From positions 192,001 to 256,000 of the forward strand of contig CAWCTR010000007.1 in assembly GCA_963798485.1 (NCBI GenBank): DNA of 64,000 nucleotides. Direction: 5' to 3'. The notes under the pieces are model-generated. The model was not told the origin of the DNA. It searched no databases and saw only the letters and a program-made list of their open reading frames with translations. Position 1 is the first letter of the stretch. Each line of letters starts with the position of its first letter. Shown in pieces: positions 18,455-27,952 of the stretch. Source of the stretch: an uncultured delta proteobacterium (GTDB taxonomy: Bacteria; Desulfobacterota; Desulfomonilia; UBA1062). Made by a program: the position numbers and the translations under genes.

Positions 18455-19420
18455 ATGGAAAAGAAGATCTTCATTATCAATGAATCGGATCAGGGAAATA
18501 GTACACAGGACACCTTCGAGCTTATCTCCTTTGCCAGGGAACTCTCATGCGTGCAATTGCCTACCATCATTCTCCTTGGCAGCCGCATTGAAGCACAGGC
18601 CAAGGAACTCTCCGAGAAGACCGGATGTGATACGATCGCCGTCACGGGTGGCCATCTTGGCCTCTTCAATGCCCAGGCATACTGCCATGCAATCATGGAT
18701 ATTCTTCCCCCAAAAACCCCCTTATGGGTGTGTCTGCCCCATACCTCCATGGGTTATGACCTTGCCCCCCTGCTCGCGGTCAAGCTGAATGCCGCCTGCA
18801 TAACGGCAGTTGATGGCATACAGAGAGGGGCATTAAGCAGGTCTATCTATTCAGGCCGATTCACCATAGATATCATCCCTTGGACACCGACAGCGGTTGT
18901 CACGGTGGTCCCGGGGGCCTTCGAGTCTTTTGCACCGGGAATGCCCCTTCCCGGCTCAATAAGGATGGTTCAAGCCTCTTTTCCCGCCCTGAAATCAAAG
19001 ACCCTTGGAATACAGGAACCCTTGCACCGTGACAGCACCTTGAAGGATGCCGAGGTGATCGTGTCTGCAGGTAGGGGAGTGGGGAAGAAAGAGAACATGG
19101 CACTTATCAAAGGGCTTGCAGCATTGTTCCCAAAGTCGGCAGTGGGGGCGTCTCGCCGGGTGTGCGATTCAGGCTGGCTTGAGTACCGGCACCAAGTCGG
19201 CACAACAGGCCAGACCGTTGCTCCCAAGCTGTACATCGCATGCGGGATTTCGGGCGCAATCCAGCATGTCTCGGGCATGAAAAAGGCCCAGAATATCATT
19301 GCCATCAATATCGACCCGAATGCAGCCATCTTCCATGTGGCACACATCTGCATTGTGGAGGACCTCGTTTCATTCATCCCAATTCTCATTGAGGAGATAA
19401 AGGGATTGGATTTGCTTTAA
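18455..19420 (+). CDS. etfA: Electron transfer flavoprotein alpha subunit
   Basis: VIVSAGRG and QVGTTGQTVAPKLYIACGISGAIQHVSGM. Confidence 0.95.
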   Translation: MEKKIFIINESDQGNSTQDTFELISFARELSCVQLPTIILLGSRIEAQAKELSEKTGCDTIAVTGGHLGLFNAQAYCHAIMDILPPKTPLWVCLPHTSMGYDLAPLLAVKLNAACITAVDGIQRGALSRSIYSGRFTIDIIPWTPTAVVTVVPGAFESFAPGMPLPGSIRMVQASFPALKSKTLGIQEPLHRDSTLKDAEVIVSAGRGVGKKENMALIKGLAALFPKSAVGASRRVCDSGWLEYRHQVGTTGQTVAPKLYIACGISGAIQHVSGMKKAQNIIAINIDPNAAIFHVAHICIVEDLVSFIPILIEEIKGLDLL

Positions 19421-19470
19421 CAGGAGTTTCGGGATCCCGGGCGGGATACGCAGCCGATAATCAAGCAGCC

Positions 19471-21750
19471 TTACATACACGTAAGGGCATCTTTTATTGC
19501 TACACCTATCTTCTGGAGGAGATAGGGTTTCTTGATATAAGACACAGCGCCGATACGCAGGGCCTCTTTCACCCTGTCGGTATCGGAATATCCGCTTGCA
19601 ATAACAGCTTTCTGGCCGGGGTTCAGCTCAAGGACCCTCTTATAGGTTTCCAGGCCGTCGATCCCGGGACTCATGATCATATCAAGGACCAACAGATCGA
19701 CTCCTTTACCCTTTAAATATTCCAGGGCCTCCTCGCCACTTGAAACCGTCTCCACATGATAACCGAGACGCTCAAGGATCTTCGTGGCGATCTCGCGCTG
19801 CTCTTTCACATCATCCACCACCAGGATCTTTTCCCCGTTCCCTTTGTATTCATCAATGGAGACCTGGACATCTTCCTGCACAATCTGTTCCTGGGTGGAA
19901 GGGAAATAGAGGGTAAAGGTGGAGCCGATCCCCGGCTCACTGGACACCTCCAGATAACCGTCATGATCCTTGACCGTTCCCCACACTACGGCCATTCCAA
20001 GACCGGTTCCGCTCCTGCCCATGGCCTTCTTGGTATAGAACGGCTCAAAGATACGCTGCCGGTCCGCTTTGCTCATCCCAGTCCCGGTATCGGCTATGAC
20101 TAGGGTGATATAATTCCCCTCTTCGACGGCATCGTATCCCTGCAAGGGCTTATCGATGTATCTGTGTGTAGTTGATATCCTAATCATGCCGCCATCAGGC
20201 ATGGATTCTACGGCATTAACCACCAGGTTCATAACGGTCTTGAACAGGTGTACCGGTGATCCCATGATGTTCATCAGATTGGATTCCAGGGAAGTTTCGA
20301 TCTCTATACGCGGATTGATTGTCAAAATTCGTTCATGCTCAAGGCTGACCAGATATTCCGTGATGACCTGGTTCAGACTCACTACCTCTGAGATGGGTAC
20401 CCCCCTTCTGGCCAAGGTCAGGAGGTCCTGAACTATGGAGGCTGCCTTTTCTCCGGACTTCTGGATGGTGACAAGGGGTTTCCTCATGGGGCTGTCATCG
20501 GGTATCTCCATCAGGAGAAGCTCGGGATAGCTTACAAGCCCTGAAAGGATGTTGTTCAGATCGTGCGCAACTCCTCCGGCCAAGAGGCCGATTGCCTCCA
20601 TCTTCTGCGCCCTCTGGAGTTGGTCCTGAAGTTTCAGCCTTTCGCGCTCTGCAATCAGGCGCTCGGTGATATCCCGGGCAGAGCCTCGAACCCCCTTTGG
20701 GATTCCCCTTGCATCTCTGATGAGAGAGTTGCGATACTCGAAGATCCTCTCCCCGCTGCTTGTGATAACCCTTATGAGTCCTTCACTCCTTCCATGGTGA
20801 ATGATCTCAGTAAGGTACTTATCAAAAAGCGCCTTATACTCGTCAGGGATCAGTGTCCTGATGTTCAATACTACTGGGATTTGATCGTCTTCGCTCACAC
20901 CGAACGACTTTTTAAACCCCCCGTTCACTTCAATGAAATTCCCCTCCAAATCATGGGAGAACAGTGCGTCGGGTACATTTTTAAAGATGTCATGGAGCTT
21001 CTCTTCGCTCTCCCGGAGCGCATACTCCGCCTTGATTCGATCATCGATCTCGTGGCGTAATTTCTCGTTGGCCATCCCCAGGGCAAGATTTTTTTCCTTC
21101 AGGCGGATTTTAGCCTCCTGGAGGACCTTTGAGGTATAGGAAGCCATGAGTGCAATGACAAAGAGTAAGGCTGTCAGGAAACAGAGAATAAAGACAACTA
21201 GATGCCATGGATAGTTATACACGAAGATCATGTCCTGATGAGGTATATATCCAAAATGCTCCAGGGCAACCATAGTGCCGAAAGATAGCGAGCAGAAACC
21301 TGCCAGGATAAACGGATAGCGCATGGGGGCCTGTACCCCGACATAGAAGATCATTGCTGCATAGATCGGGGTGAGATAGGTGGACCTGAAACCACCGACA
21401 AAATAAATGAACCCGGTATACCCGAGTATCTCAAGGACATTGATAAGGAACGAAAACTGCTCATAGAGCACCTTTCGTCTGATGCGGCGAAGTATCGCAA
21501 GCATGGGGATATTCATTAAGATGATGTAGGCATTAACAATGCTTGCTCCCTCAAATGAAACCTTACTTATTATTCCAAACCAGTATGCAGTGAAGGTGAG
21601 CAGCCAGATAAAGACACTGGCGCCGGAACGGACAAATGCCCCCTGGAGGTGGGTCTTATTTAGACGATTCAACTTCTTTGGCATTAAGAAGCGGTTATCA
21701 TGATCATCTTTAAAGACCAATTCGCTGTTTCCTTGGTCTGGGTGGCGCAT
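19471..21750 (-). CDS. Membrane hybrid sensor histidine kinase (TM-PAS-HisKA-HATPase-REC)
   Basis: GGVAHDLNNIL H-box, DTGTGM, FEPFYTKK, GTGLGM and receiver ILVVDD..LDMIM. Confidence 0.93.
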   Translation of the reverse strand: MRHPDQGNSELVFKDDHDNRFLMPKKLNRLNKTHLQGAFVRSGASVFIWLLTFTAYWFGIISKVSFEGASIVNAYIILMNIPMLAILRRIRRKVLYEQFSFLINVLEILGYTGFIYFVGGFRSTYLTPIYAAMIFYVGVQAPMRYPFILAGFCSLSFGTMVALEHFGYIPHQDMIFVYNYPWHLVVFILCFLTALLFVIALMASYTSKVLQEAKIRLKEKNLALGMANEKLRHEIDDRIKAEYALRESEEKLHDIFKNVPDALFSHDLEGNFIEVNGGFKKSFGVSEDDQIPVVLNIRTLIPDEYKALFDKYLTEIIHHGRSEGLIRVITSSGERIFEYRNSLIRDARGIPKGVRGSARDITERLIAERERLKLQDQLQRAQKMEAIGLLAGGVAHDLNNILSGLVSYPELLLMEIPDDSPMRKPLVTIQKSGEKAASIVQDLLTLARRGVPISEVVSLNQVITEYLVSLEHERILTINPRIEIETSLESNLMNIMGSPVHLFKTVMNLVVNAVESMPDGGMIRISTTHRYIDKPLQGYDAVEEGNYITLVIADTGTGMSKADRQRIFEPFYTKKAMGRSGTGLGMAVVWGTVKDHDGYLEVSSEPGIGSTFTLYFPSTQEQIVQEDVQVSIDEYKGNGEKILVVDDVKEQREIATKILERLGYHVETVSSGEEALEYLKGKGVDLLVLDMIMSPGIDGLETYKRVLELNPGQKAVIASGYSDTDRVKEALRIGAVSYIKKPYLLQKIGVAIKDALTCM

Positions 21751-21963
21751 TGTCCTTTATCCTCCTATTACAGGAACATTGAGAGAGATTGCCCCCAATA
21801 AACTCATTTCACAATACAATTATTTAAATTCTTATCGTCACTTTTTTTATCGATCTTGAGATGATTTTACTATTATATTTTTTTCTATCCTGAACCGGCT
21901 TTCTCATGGCAAGTGAATGTGTGGATTAAAAAGGTTATTTATCTCCAAGAGAAGGATGAACTT

Positions 21964-22482
21964 ATGGCAATCTTCGAATTCAACGGCAAGGTCCCTCTGG
22001 TGGGCGAAGGGACATGGATCGCACAGAGCGCTGAGATTATTGGCGACGTGAGGATAGGTAAAAACTGCTGGATCGGGCCCTGCGCTGTGATCAGAGGTGA
22101 TTTTGGGACCATATTAATTGGTGATGAAACCGCTGTTGAAGACGGGGTAGTCATCCATACACCTTCCATCATGACAATCGGGCAACGGGTGACCATCGGC
22201 CACCTTGCCACGGTACATGGCAGCATCATCAAGGACTATGCCGTGATCGGTATGAACTCAACCCTTGGCGATAACGCCCAGGTTGGGTCCTGGTCCATCG
22301 TTGCAGAGCATTCTTTGGTGAAAAAGAACCAGGTGGTCCCGGACTATAAACTGTATGCCGGTTCTCCTGCTGTTGAAAAGGGAGACATCAGTCAAATATA
22401 TAAGGAGGTCATGGAGGCGGGAAAACAGATGTATGTTGAACTCGTGAAGCAATATAAAAACACCTTGAAAAGGATCGGCTGA
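21964..22482 (+). CDS. Gamma-carbonic anhydrase family (hexapeptide repeat) protein
   Basis: IIGDVRIG, VIRGD and VTIGHLATVHG motifs. Confidence 0.9.
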   Translation: MAIFEFNGKVPLVGEGTWIAQSAEIIGDVRIGKNCWIGPCAVIRGDFGTILIGDETAVEDGVVIHTPSIMTIGQRVTIGHLATVHGSIIKDYAVIGMNSTLGDNAQVGSWSIVAEHSLVKKNQVVPDYKLYAGSPAVEKGDISQIYKEVMEAGKQMYVELVKQYKNTLKRIG

Positions 22483-22621
22483 CCCGGCATAATTCTTTTT
22501 GAAACAATCGATCGCTGCCATGCATCCTGAGCCTTAATAATATTTCTTTTTCTTAGGGACGCTTGCCTGAATGACTGAACATAGGTATCATATGTTCATC
22601 TTGCAATGTGAGGAGGTTCGC

Positions 22622-23245
22622 ATGAATCACCCGGAAGCTACTGCCATGGCCCTTTCCATACTAAGATCCGGCAACCCTTTCCAGTGGTATGTGATCACAT
22701 TGCTGGCCCTGACGCTTTATGTCTATATCAACGAGATCTCCCAAAAGAACTGGAAGGGCATCGCAGCCGGGCTTTCCTTGTACATGGTTCATTGGTTTGT
22801 GGAGATCGTCAATGCCCTGATCCAGCACTTCTCCGGGCATGCCCTCTGGACCGTTCCATCAGGGACTGCGTTCCTGATCCTGGTGGGGGTAGGTGTTGAG
22901 ATAAGCCTCATGTTCTCAATAGCAGGGCTCATCCTGAGCAAGCTCTTGCCCGAAGACCCCAACATGAAAATCTTCGGCATAAACAACCGGCTGGTATTTG
23001 CCATCGGCAATGCCGCGTTCTATTCGATCTTCGAGATCTTCCTTGTTAAAACCCCGACCTTTGTATGGGTTTATCCATGGTGGGGGTCTTTCCCGGTCTT
23101 TATAACGGTTTATATCCCGTTCTTCCTGGCAGCATTCTATGCTTATGACTGGGCGCCAAGGACGCAGAAACTGTTTATCGGGACACTCTTTGCGATCAAT
23201 GCCGTGTCACTGATTCTCTTTGCAGGGATCCTCAGATGGATATAG
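22622..23245 (+). CDS. Hypothetical integral membrane protein
   Basis: About 6 hydrophobic helices, Trp-rich. RBS GAGGAGG. Confidence 0.75.
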   Translation: MNHPEATAMALSILRSGNPFQWYVITLLALTLYVYINEISQKNWKGIAAGLSLYMVHWFVEIVNALIQHFSGHALWTVPSGTAFLILVGVGVEISLMFSIAGLILSKLLPEDPNMKIFGINNRLVFAIGNAAFYSIFEIFLVKTPTFVWVYPWWGSFPVFITVYIPFFLAAFYAYDWAPRTQKLFIGTLFAINAVSLILFAGILRWI

Positions 23246-23339
23246 CCAGACACATGCGGGTTCATGCGATCAAAGTATGCCCAACACCTTAAGGCATTAA
23301 ACATAAGGCCTCAGGGTTGGGCACCTGTGGAATTGTCGA

Positions 23340-23915
23340 TTACCAGTTCTCGCCGAGGAGCTCGAAGTAATCCTTCGGATGTGCACAGGCAGGGCAAGCC
23401 CCGGGTGCCTCGGCGCCTTCGAAGAGGTATCCGCAGTTGCGGCATCTCCATACAACCGCCTTATCTCTCTTGAAGACCCTTCCGGCCTCGATATTCCCGG
23501 CAAGGTCGTTGTAGCGCTTCTCATGCTGTCTTTCTGCAACCGAAATGGCCTCCCAGACCTTTGCAATTGTCTCGAACCCTTCTTCCCGTGCTATCTTGGC
23601 AAATCCAGGGTACAACACTGTCTGCTCAAGGTGCTCTCCTGCAGCCGCAGCCTTAAGGTTCTCCAGGGTAGATCCGATAACCCCGGACGGGAAGCTTGCC
23701 TGGATCTCGAGATCTCCCCCTTCGAGGAAACTGAAGAATCTCTTGGCATGTTCCTTTTCCTGGTTTGCCGTCTCCTCAAAGATATCGGCTATCTGGATGA
23801 AGCCTTCTTTCCTGGCCTTGCTGGCAAAATACGTGTACCGGTTCCTCGCCTGGGATTCACCGGCAAATGAGCCCAGAAGATTTTTTTCGGTCCGTGAACC
23901 CTTTAACTTTCCCAT
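23340..23915 (-). CDS. rbr: Rubrerythrin
   Basis: FAGESQARNRY, EKEHA and the C-terminal WRCRNCGY..CPACAHP rubredoxin site. Confidence 0.95.
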   Translation of the reverse strand: MGKLKGSRTEKNLLGSFAGESQARNRYTYFASKARKEGFIQIADIFEETANQEKEHAKRFFSFLEGGDLEIQASFPSGVIGSTLENLKAAAAGEHLEQTVLYPGFAKIAREEGFETIAKVWEAISVAERQHEKRYNDLAGNIEAGRVFKRDKAVVWRCRNCGYLFEGAEAPGACPACAHPKDYFELLGENW

Positions 23916-23949
23916 ATATTCCTCCTTAACAGTAGTGTTCGTTTCGTTA

Positions 23950-24390
23950 TTATGAATAAACCTTTGCTCCATCAATCTTGTGAACGGCCATCTTTTTTTT
24001 ACATTTTGGACAGATGCCCTGAAAATCCATCTCACAACCCAGCACTTCATAGCCGCTTTGGCTGCTTACAATATCCTTAATAGTAAGAGTGCTCATAGCC
24101 GGATTCAAGGGAACATCATCCACCTTGGCGCAGGAGATGCATCGAATATGCGAGTGATCATCCGTCACGGCATCGAATCTTCTCTGTCCTTGACCCATAT
24201 CAAGCCTCCGGATTTGTCCGCCGGAAGAGAGCTGATCGAGGTTTCTATATACTGTTCCGAGGCTGATCCGGGGGAGTCTCGATTTAACCATCTCGTAAAC
24301 ATCATATGCAGTAGGATGATTTTTCACCTTGCTCAACTCTTCAAGGACAACCCTCTTCTGTTTTGTCATCCTCTGTTGTCTCTTGCTCAT
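23950..24390 (-). CDS. perR: Fur-family regulator, PerR-like
   Basis: HPTAYDVY, ISLGTVYRNL, HSHIRCISC and CPKC motifs. Lies upstream of rbr. Confidence 0.82.
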   Translation of the reverse strand: MSKRQQRMTKQKRVVLEELSKVKNHPTAYDVYEMVKSRLPRISLGTVYRNLDQLSSGGQIRRLDMGQGQRRFDAVTDDHSHIRCISCAKVDDVPLNPAMSTLTIKDIVSSQSGYEVLGCEMDFQGICPKCKKKMAVHKIDGAKVYS

Positions 24391-24441
24391 ATTACCCCCG
24401 GCAAACCCGGAAATTAGTACCAAGAAATCCAAGTTTATTGA

Positions 24442-24456
24442 TAATAGTTACTATTA
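24442..24456. promoter_or_regulatory. Per/Fur-type 7-1-7 operator
   Basis: TAATAGT-T-ACTATTA perfect inverted repeat overlapping the likely -10 of perR (minus-strand TTGACA at 24468-24473). Confidence 0.65.
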
Positions 24457-24564
24457 ACTAGTCCTCATGTCAAGACCCCTTATTGTATGTTAATAAGAAA
24501 CAGAGCTGAAAAAAGTAATACAAGATTGTTGATAAAGGTCCTTTATGATACATTCTCGCCGGAT

Positions 24565-25275
24565 ATGCTCGAAAATCTTTCAACCGGTCTTGAATCATAC
24601 CTGCACGGGTCTGTGTTGCTGGCTTATATTTCAGCCTATATCGGCGGGGTCCTGGTGAGCTTCACCCCGTGCATGTACCCACTCCTGCCCATTACCGTGT
24701 CATTTATCGCCTCGCGGAAAAAATCTTCACGCAGCAACGGCTTTACCCTCTCTCTCGTGTATGTACTCGGCACATCGCTGACATACACCATCCTCGGAAG
24801 CATTGCAGGCCTCACGGGAGGATTCTTCGGTACAATCCAGACCAGCCCGTGGATAAACCTCTTTATCGCCAATGTCTTCATCCTTATGGGCCTGTCCATG
24901 CTTGATGTATTCTTTATCCCCCTGCCGCGGATCTTCAGCAGCCCTCTTTTCACAACTCAAAAGAAGGGCCTTTTTGGGGCACTGCTCCTTGGTATCGCTT
25001 CGGGCCTCATTATGAGCCCCTGTTCAGCCCCGGTACTGGCCGTTCTTTTAAGCTATGTGGCAACCAAGCAGCATGTTATCTTCGGCATGAGCCTGCTCTT
25101 TGTCTTTGCCTTTGGGATGGGTACGCTCCTCATTATCCTCGGCACGTTCACCGGCCTTTTGACAAGCATACCCAAGTCCGGACCGTGGATGGTTTGGATC
25201 CAAAAGGTCTTTGGATTCATCTTTATTGTATTGGCAGAATACTTTCTCATTACAGCGGGCAAATTTTGGATTTAA
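24565..25275 (+). CDS. ccdA: CcdA/DsbD-type thiol-disulfide transporter
   Basis: SFTPCMYPLLP and SPCSAPVL redox cysteines, GPWMVWI. Confidence 0.88.
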   Translation: MLENLSTGLESYLHGSVLLAYISAYIGGVLVSFTPCMYPLLPITVSFIASRKKSSRSNGFTLSLVYVLGTSLTYTILGSIAGLTGGFFGTIQTSPWINLFIANVFILMGLSMLDVFFIPLPRIFSSPLFTTQKKGLFGALLLGIASGLIMSPCSAPVLAVLLSYVATKQHVIFGMSLLFVFAFGMGTLLIILGTFTGLLTSIPKSGPWMVWIQKVFGFIFIVLAEYFLITAGKFWI

Positions 25276-25292
25276 AAAGGAGTTCCCTCATT

Positions 25293-25820
25293 ATGAAACC
25301 TAAGGTCTGTTTGGCTGTCCTTGCCTCTGTCCTCTTTATTCTCATAGCATGGAATGCAACCACCCATGATGTCCTGGCCGGTGAGACGGGCATTCAAAAG
25401 ATCAGCGTAAATCAGCCAGCCCCCCTGGCCCCCAATTTTACCTTGAAGGATCTCAGCGGTAAGACCAGATCATTGAAAGACTATCGGGGTAAGATCGTGC
25501 TCCTCGACTTCACCACTACCTGGTGCCCGTACTGCAAAAAAGACATCCCGAATTTGAAGAAGCTCTATACTTCAATGAAGGGTAAGGACTTTGAGCTTAT
25601 ATCGATTTATGTGGCGGAATCACCGAAAAAGGTTGCCTCTTTTGTTGAGAAATACGCACTTCCCTACACCATCCTTGTTGACAGCGAAGCCTCTGTTGCA
25701 CGCGCCTACGGTATACGAGGAGTGCCCACCAAGATCGTAGTGGCAAAAAGCGGGCTTATCAGCTGCTGGCAATGTACTTCGGCTGAGGACAAGATCGATG
25801 AGCTTCTGAAGGCGAAGTAA
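25293..25820 (+). CDS. TlpA/ResA-like thioredoxin
   Basis: N-terminal anchor, APNFTLKDL, WCPYC and YGIRGVPT motifs. Confidence 0.9.
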   Translation: MKPKVCLAVLASVLFILIAWNATTHDVLAGETGIQKISVNQPAPLAPNFTLKDLSGKTRSLKDYRGKIVLLDFTTTWCPYCKKDIPNLKKLYTSMKGKDFELISIYVAESPKKVASFVEKYALPYTILVDSEASVARAYGIRGVPTKIVVAKSGLISCWQCTSAEDKIDELLKAK

Positions 25821-26032
25821 AAACCTATTGAGGCATGGGCACACCCATACAAACGGCATAAGATACTACGTCCACCTTTGCTTGTGAATTTGTTATGATC
25901 TTGGAATGTAATCTACAAAATGGAATAAAAAATGCATTCTGCATAGGTAATGGATATAAGCAGCAGCAATTGTCTGTATAAGCCAGTTAATGGGAGGACC
26001 AGCACATTTTGATACAGGAGGGTAGGAAATAT

Positions 26033-27823
26033 TTGCCGCTCAATCAAAGGATCTCCTTGGAGGCGTTGGTCTTCAACAAGACGAAGGGTAATCGTCAAGA
26101 ACAGCTTGAGGAGGCGAAGAAGATTTGCGCCGATATTTTGCGCGAAAATCCTGCGAATCCTGTCTTCATTTGCATGCGAGGCATCATCGACTTTCATCTG
26201 GGACAGACGAAAGAGGCAGAGGCTTGGATGGAAAAGGCCTTGATACTCGCGCCTCAATCAACCATGATCATCTATAACTATGCTATGGTACTGATGGCCC
26301 AGAAGAAGTTTGCCGTCGCTTTACCTCTCATGATGCGTGTTGTCGCTCTTAAACCGGATCATGCCGAAGCCTATTGGCATATTGGTATTGCTTTAAGAGA
26401 AACCGGTGATTCGGGGGGCGCTTTGGCGGCTTTTAACAAGGCGCTGGAAATTAACCCGCAAGATGCTGAGGTTTTGAGCGATAAGGGAACGATGCTGAAA
26501 GAAATAGGCCGTCTGCCCGAAGCGGCCACTTGCTACGAACAGGCCTTGACCCTCAAGCCGAACCATTATGGGGTCATCAATAATCTTGGCGCCATCCATT
26601 TTCTGCAAAACGATCTGGATGGCGCTGCGGCATTATATCAGGAGGCTCTCGCCGTTCATCCTGCGTGTCCCGAAGTTCTCAGTAATCTGAGCGTGATCCG
26701 GCGATTAAAAGGCGATCTTGATGATGCGATCCTTCATTGCCAGAAAGCCTTGGCCTTACGTCCGGATTATCCGGATGCTCTCAACAACCTCGGCAACGCA
26801 TTGAAGGATGCCAGACGCTTTGAGGAAGCTATTGTGGTTTATAAAGAGGCTTTATGCCTCGAACCGGACAATGCCGAAGTTCACAAAAATCTTGCGATAG
26901 CCTTGTTGGCTTTGGGGCGCTTCGACGAAGGATGGCGCGAGTATGAATGGCGCTGGAAATTGAAGCAACTTCGCCATGCCTTCCGGGATTTCGCCCAGCC
27001 TGAGTGGCAAGGCGAAGCCGGCGAAGGGCGAACCCTTCTGATCCACGCCGAGCAGGGATTCGGCGACACCTTGCAATTCTGCCGCTATGTGCCTCTCGTC
27101 AAAGAACGCGGATTCCATGTAGTGATAGAGGTGCCGTTGCCGTTGAAGCGGATCATTCATTCTTTGGATGGTGTCGAAAAGGTTGTGACCACAGGCGATG
27201 TCATTCCACCTTTCGATCTTCACTGTCCAATGATGCACCTGCCCCTGGCATTTCATACAACCCTCGAGACGATACCGGCCAAGCTTCCCTATCTGAGACC
27301 CGACCCAGCCGATTTGATCAAATGGCGGGATCGAGTTGCGGCATTGGCGAACAACGCTTTAAAAGTCGGAATCGTATGGGCGGGAAGTTCGCGCGCCCAT
27401 ATGCACTCGCCCGATATTATCGCGACGGACCAGAAAAGATCGGTTGCACCAGAGGTTCTGGCTCCTTTGATGGACGTGCCGAACGTGCAATTCTTCTCCC
27501 TTCAGAAAGAAGGATCGCGAGCCCCCGACGCCTTTCATCTGATTGATTGGATGTCAGACTGCCGCGATTTTGCCGACACGGCAGCGCTCATTATGAATCT
27601 GGATCTTGTTATCAGCGTCGACACGGCCGTCGCTCATTTGGCGGGGGCCTTGGGTAAGCCGGTGTGGCTCTTGAACCGGTTCAACAGCTGTTGGCGCTGG
27701 TTCATCGAACGCGACGACAGTCCATGGTATCCCGGTACACTCCGTCTTTTCTATCAGAAAGAAATAGGCAATTGGGATGAAGTCGTAATGTGCGTCCGTG
27801 CCGCCTTTGCGGAAAGGCAATAA
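26033..27823 (+). CDS. TPR-repeat protein with C-terminal GT-B glycosyltransferase domain
   Basis: Multiple TPRs, then EGWREYEWR, EQGFGDTLQF and DLVISVDTAVAHLAGALG. Start codon uncertain. Confidence 0.85.
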   Translation: MPLNQRISLEALVFNKTKGNRQEQLEEAKKICADILRENPANPVFICMRGIIDFHLGQTKEAEAWMEKALILAPQSTMIIYNYAMVLMAQKKFAVALPLMMRVVALKPDHAEAYWHIGIALRETGDSGGALAAFNKALEINPQDAEVLSDKGTMLKEIGRLPEAATCYEQALTLKPNHYGVINNLGAIHFLQNDLDGAAALYQEALAVHPACPEVLSNLSVIRRLKGDLDDAILHCQKALALRPDYPDALNNLGNALKDARRFEEAIVVYKEALCLEPDNAEVHKNLAIALLALGRFDEGWREYEWRWKLKQLRHAFRDFAQPEWQGEAGEGRTLLIHAEQGFGDTLQFCRYVPLVKERGFHVVIEVPLPLKRIIHSLDGVEKVVTTGDVIPPFDLHCPMMHLPLAFHTTLETIPAKLPYLRPDPADLIKWRDRVAALANNALKVGIVWAGSSRAHMHSPDIIATDQKRSVAPEVLAPLMDVPNVQFFSLQKEGSRAPDAFHLIDWMSDCRDFADTAALIMNLDLVISVDTAVAHLAGALGKPVWLLNRFNSCWRWFIERDDSPWYPGTLRLFYQKEIGNWDEVVMCVRAAFAERQ

Positions 27824-27952
27824 ACCTTCAGTATAGGCAAACGTTGGTTGTTACACGATAGGTACACTTTTACATGACAGCCAGGAAGTGTCTATACCTC
27901 ATTACGCTCTTTCAACTTAAAGAGTATGCTTGATCCGGATGAACCGGAACTA

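Noticed and set aside
22622-23245. Possible microbial rhodopsin
   Set aside because: No retinal-binding DxxxK motif in the last helix
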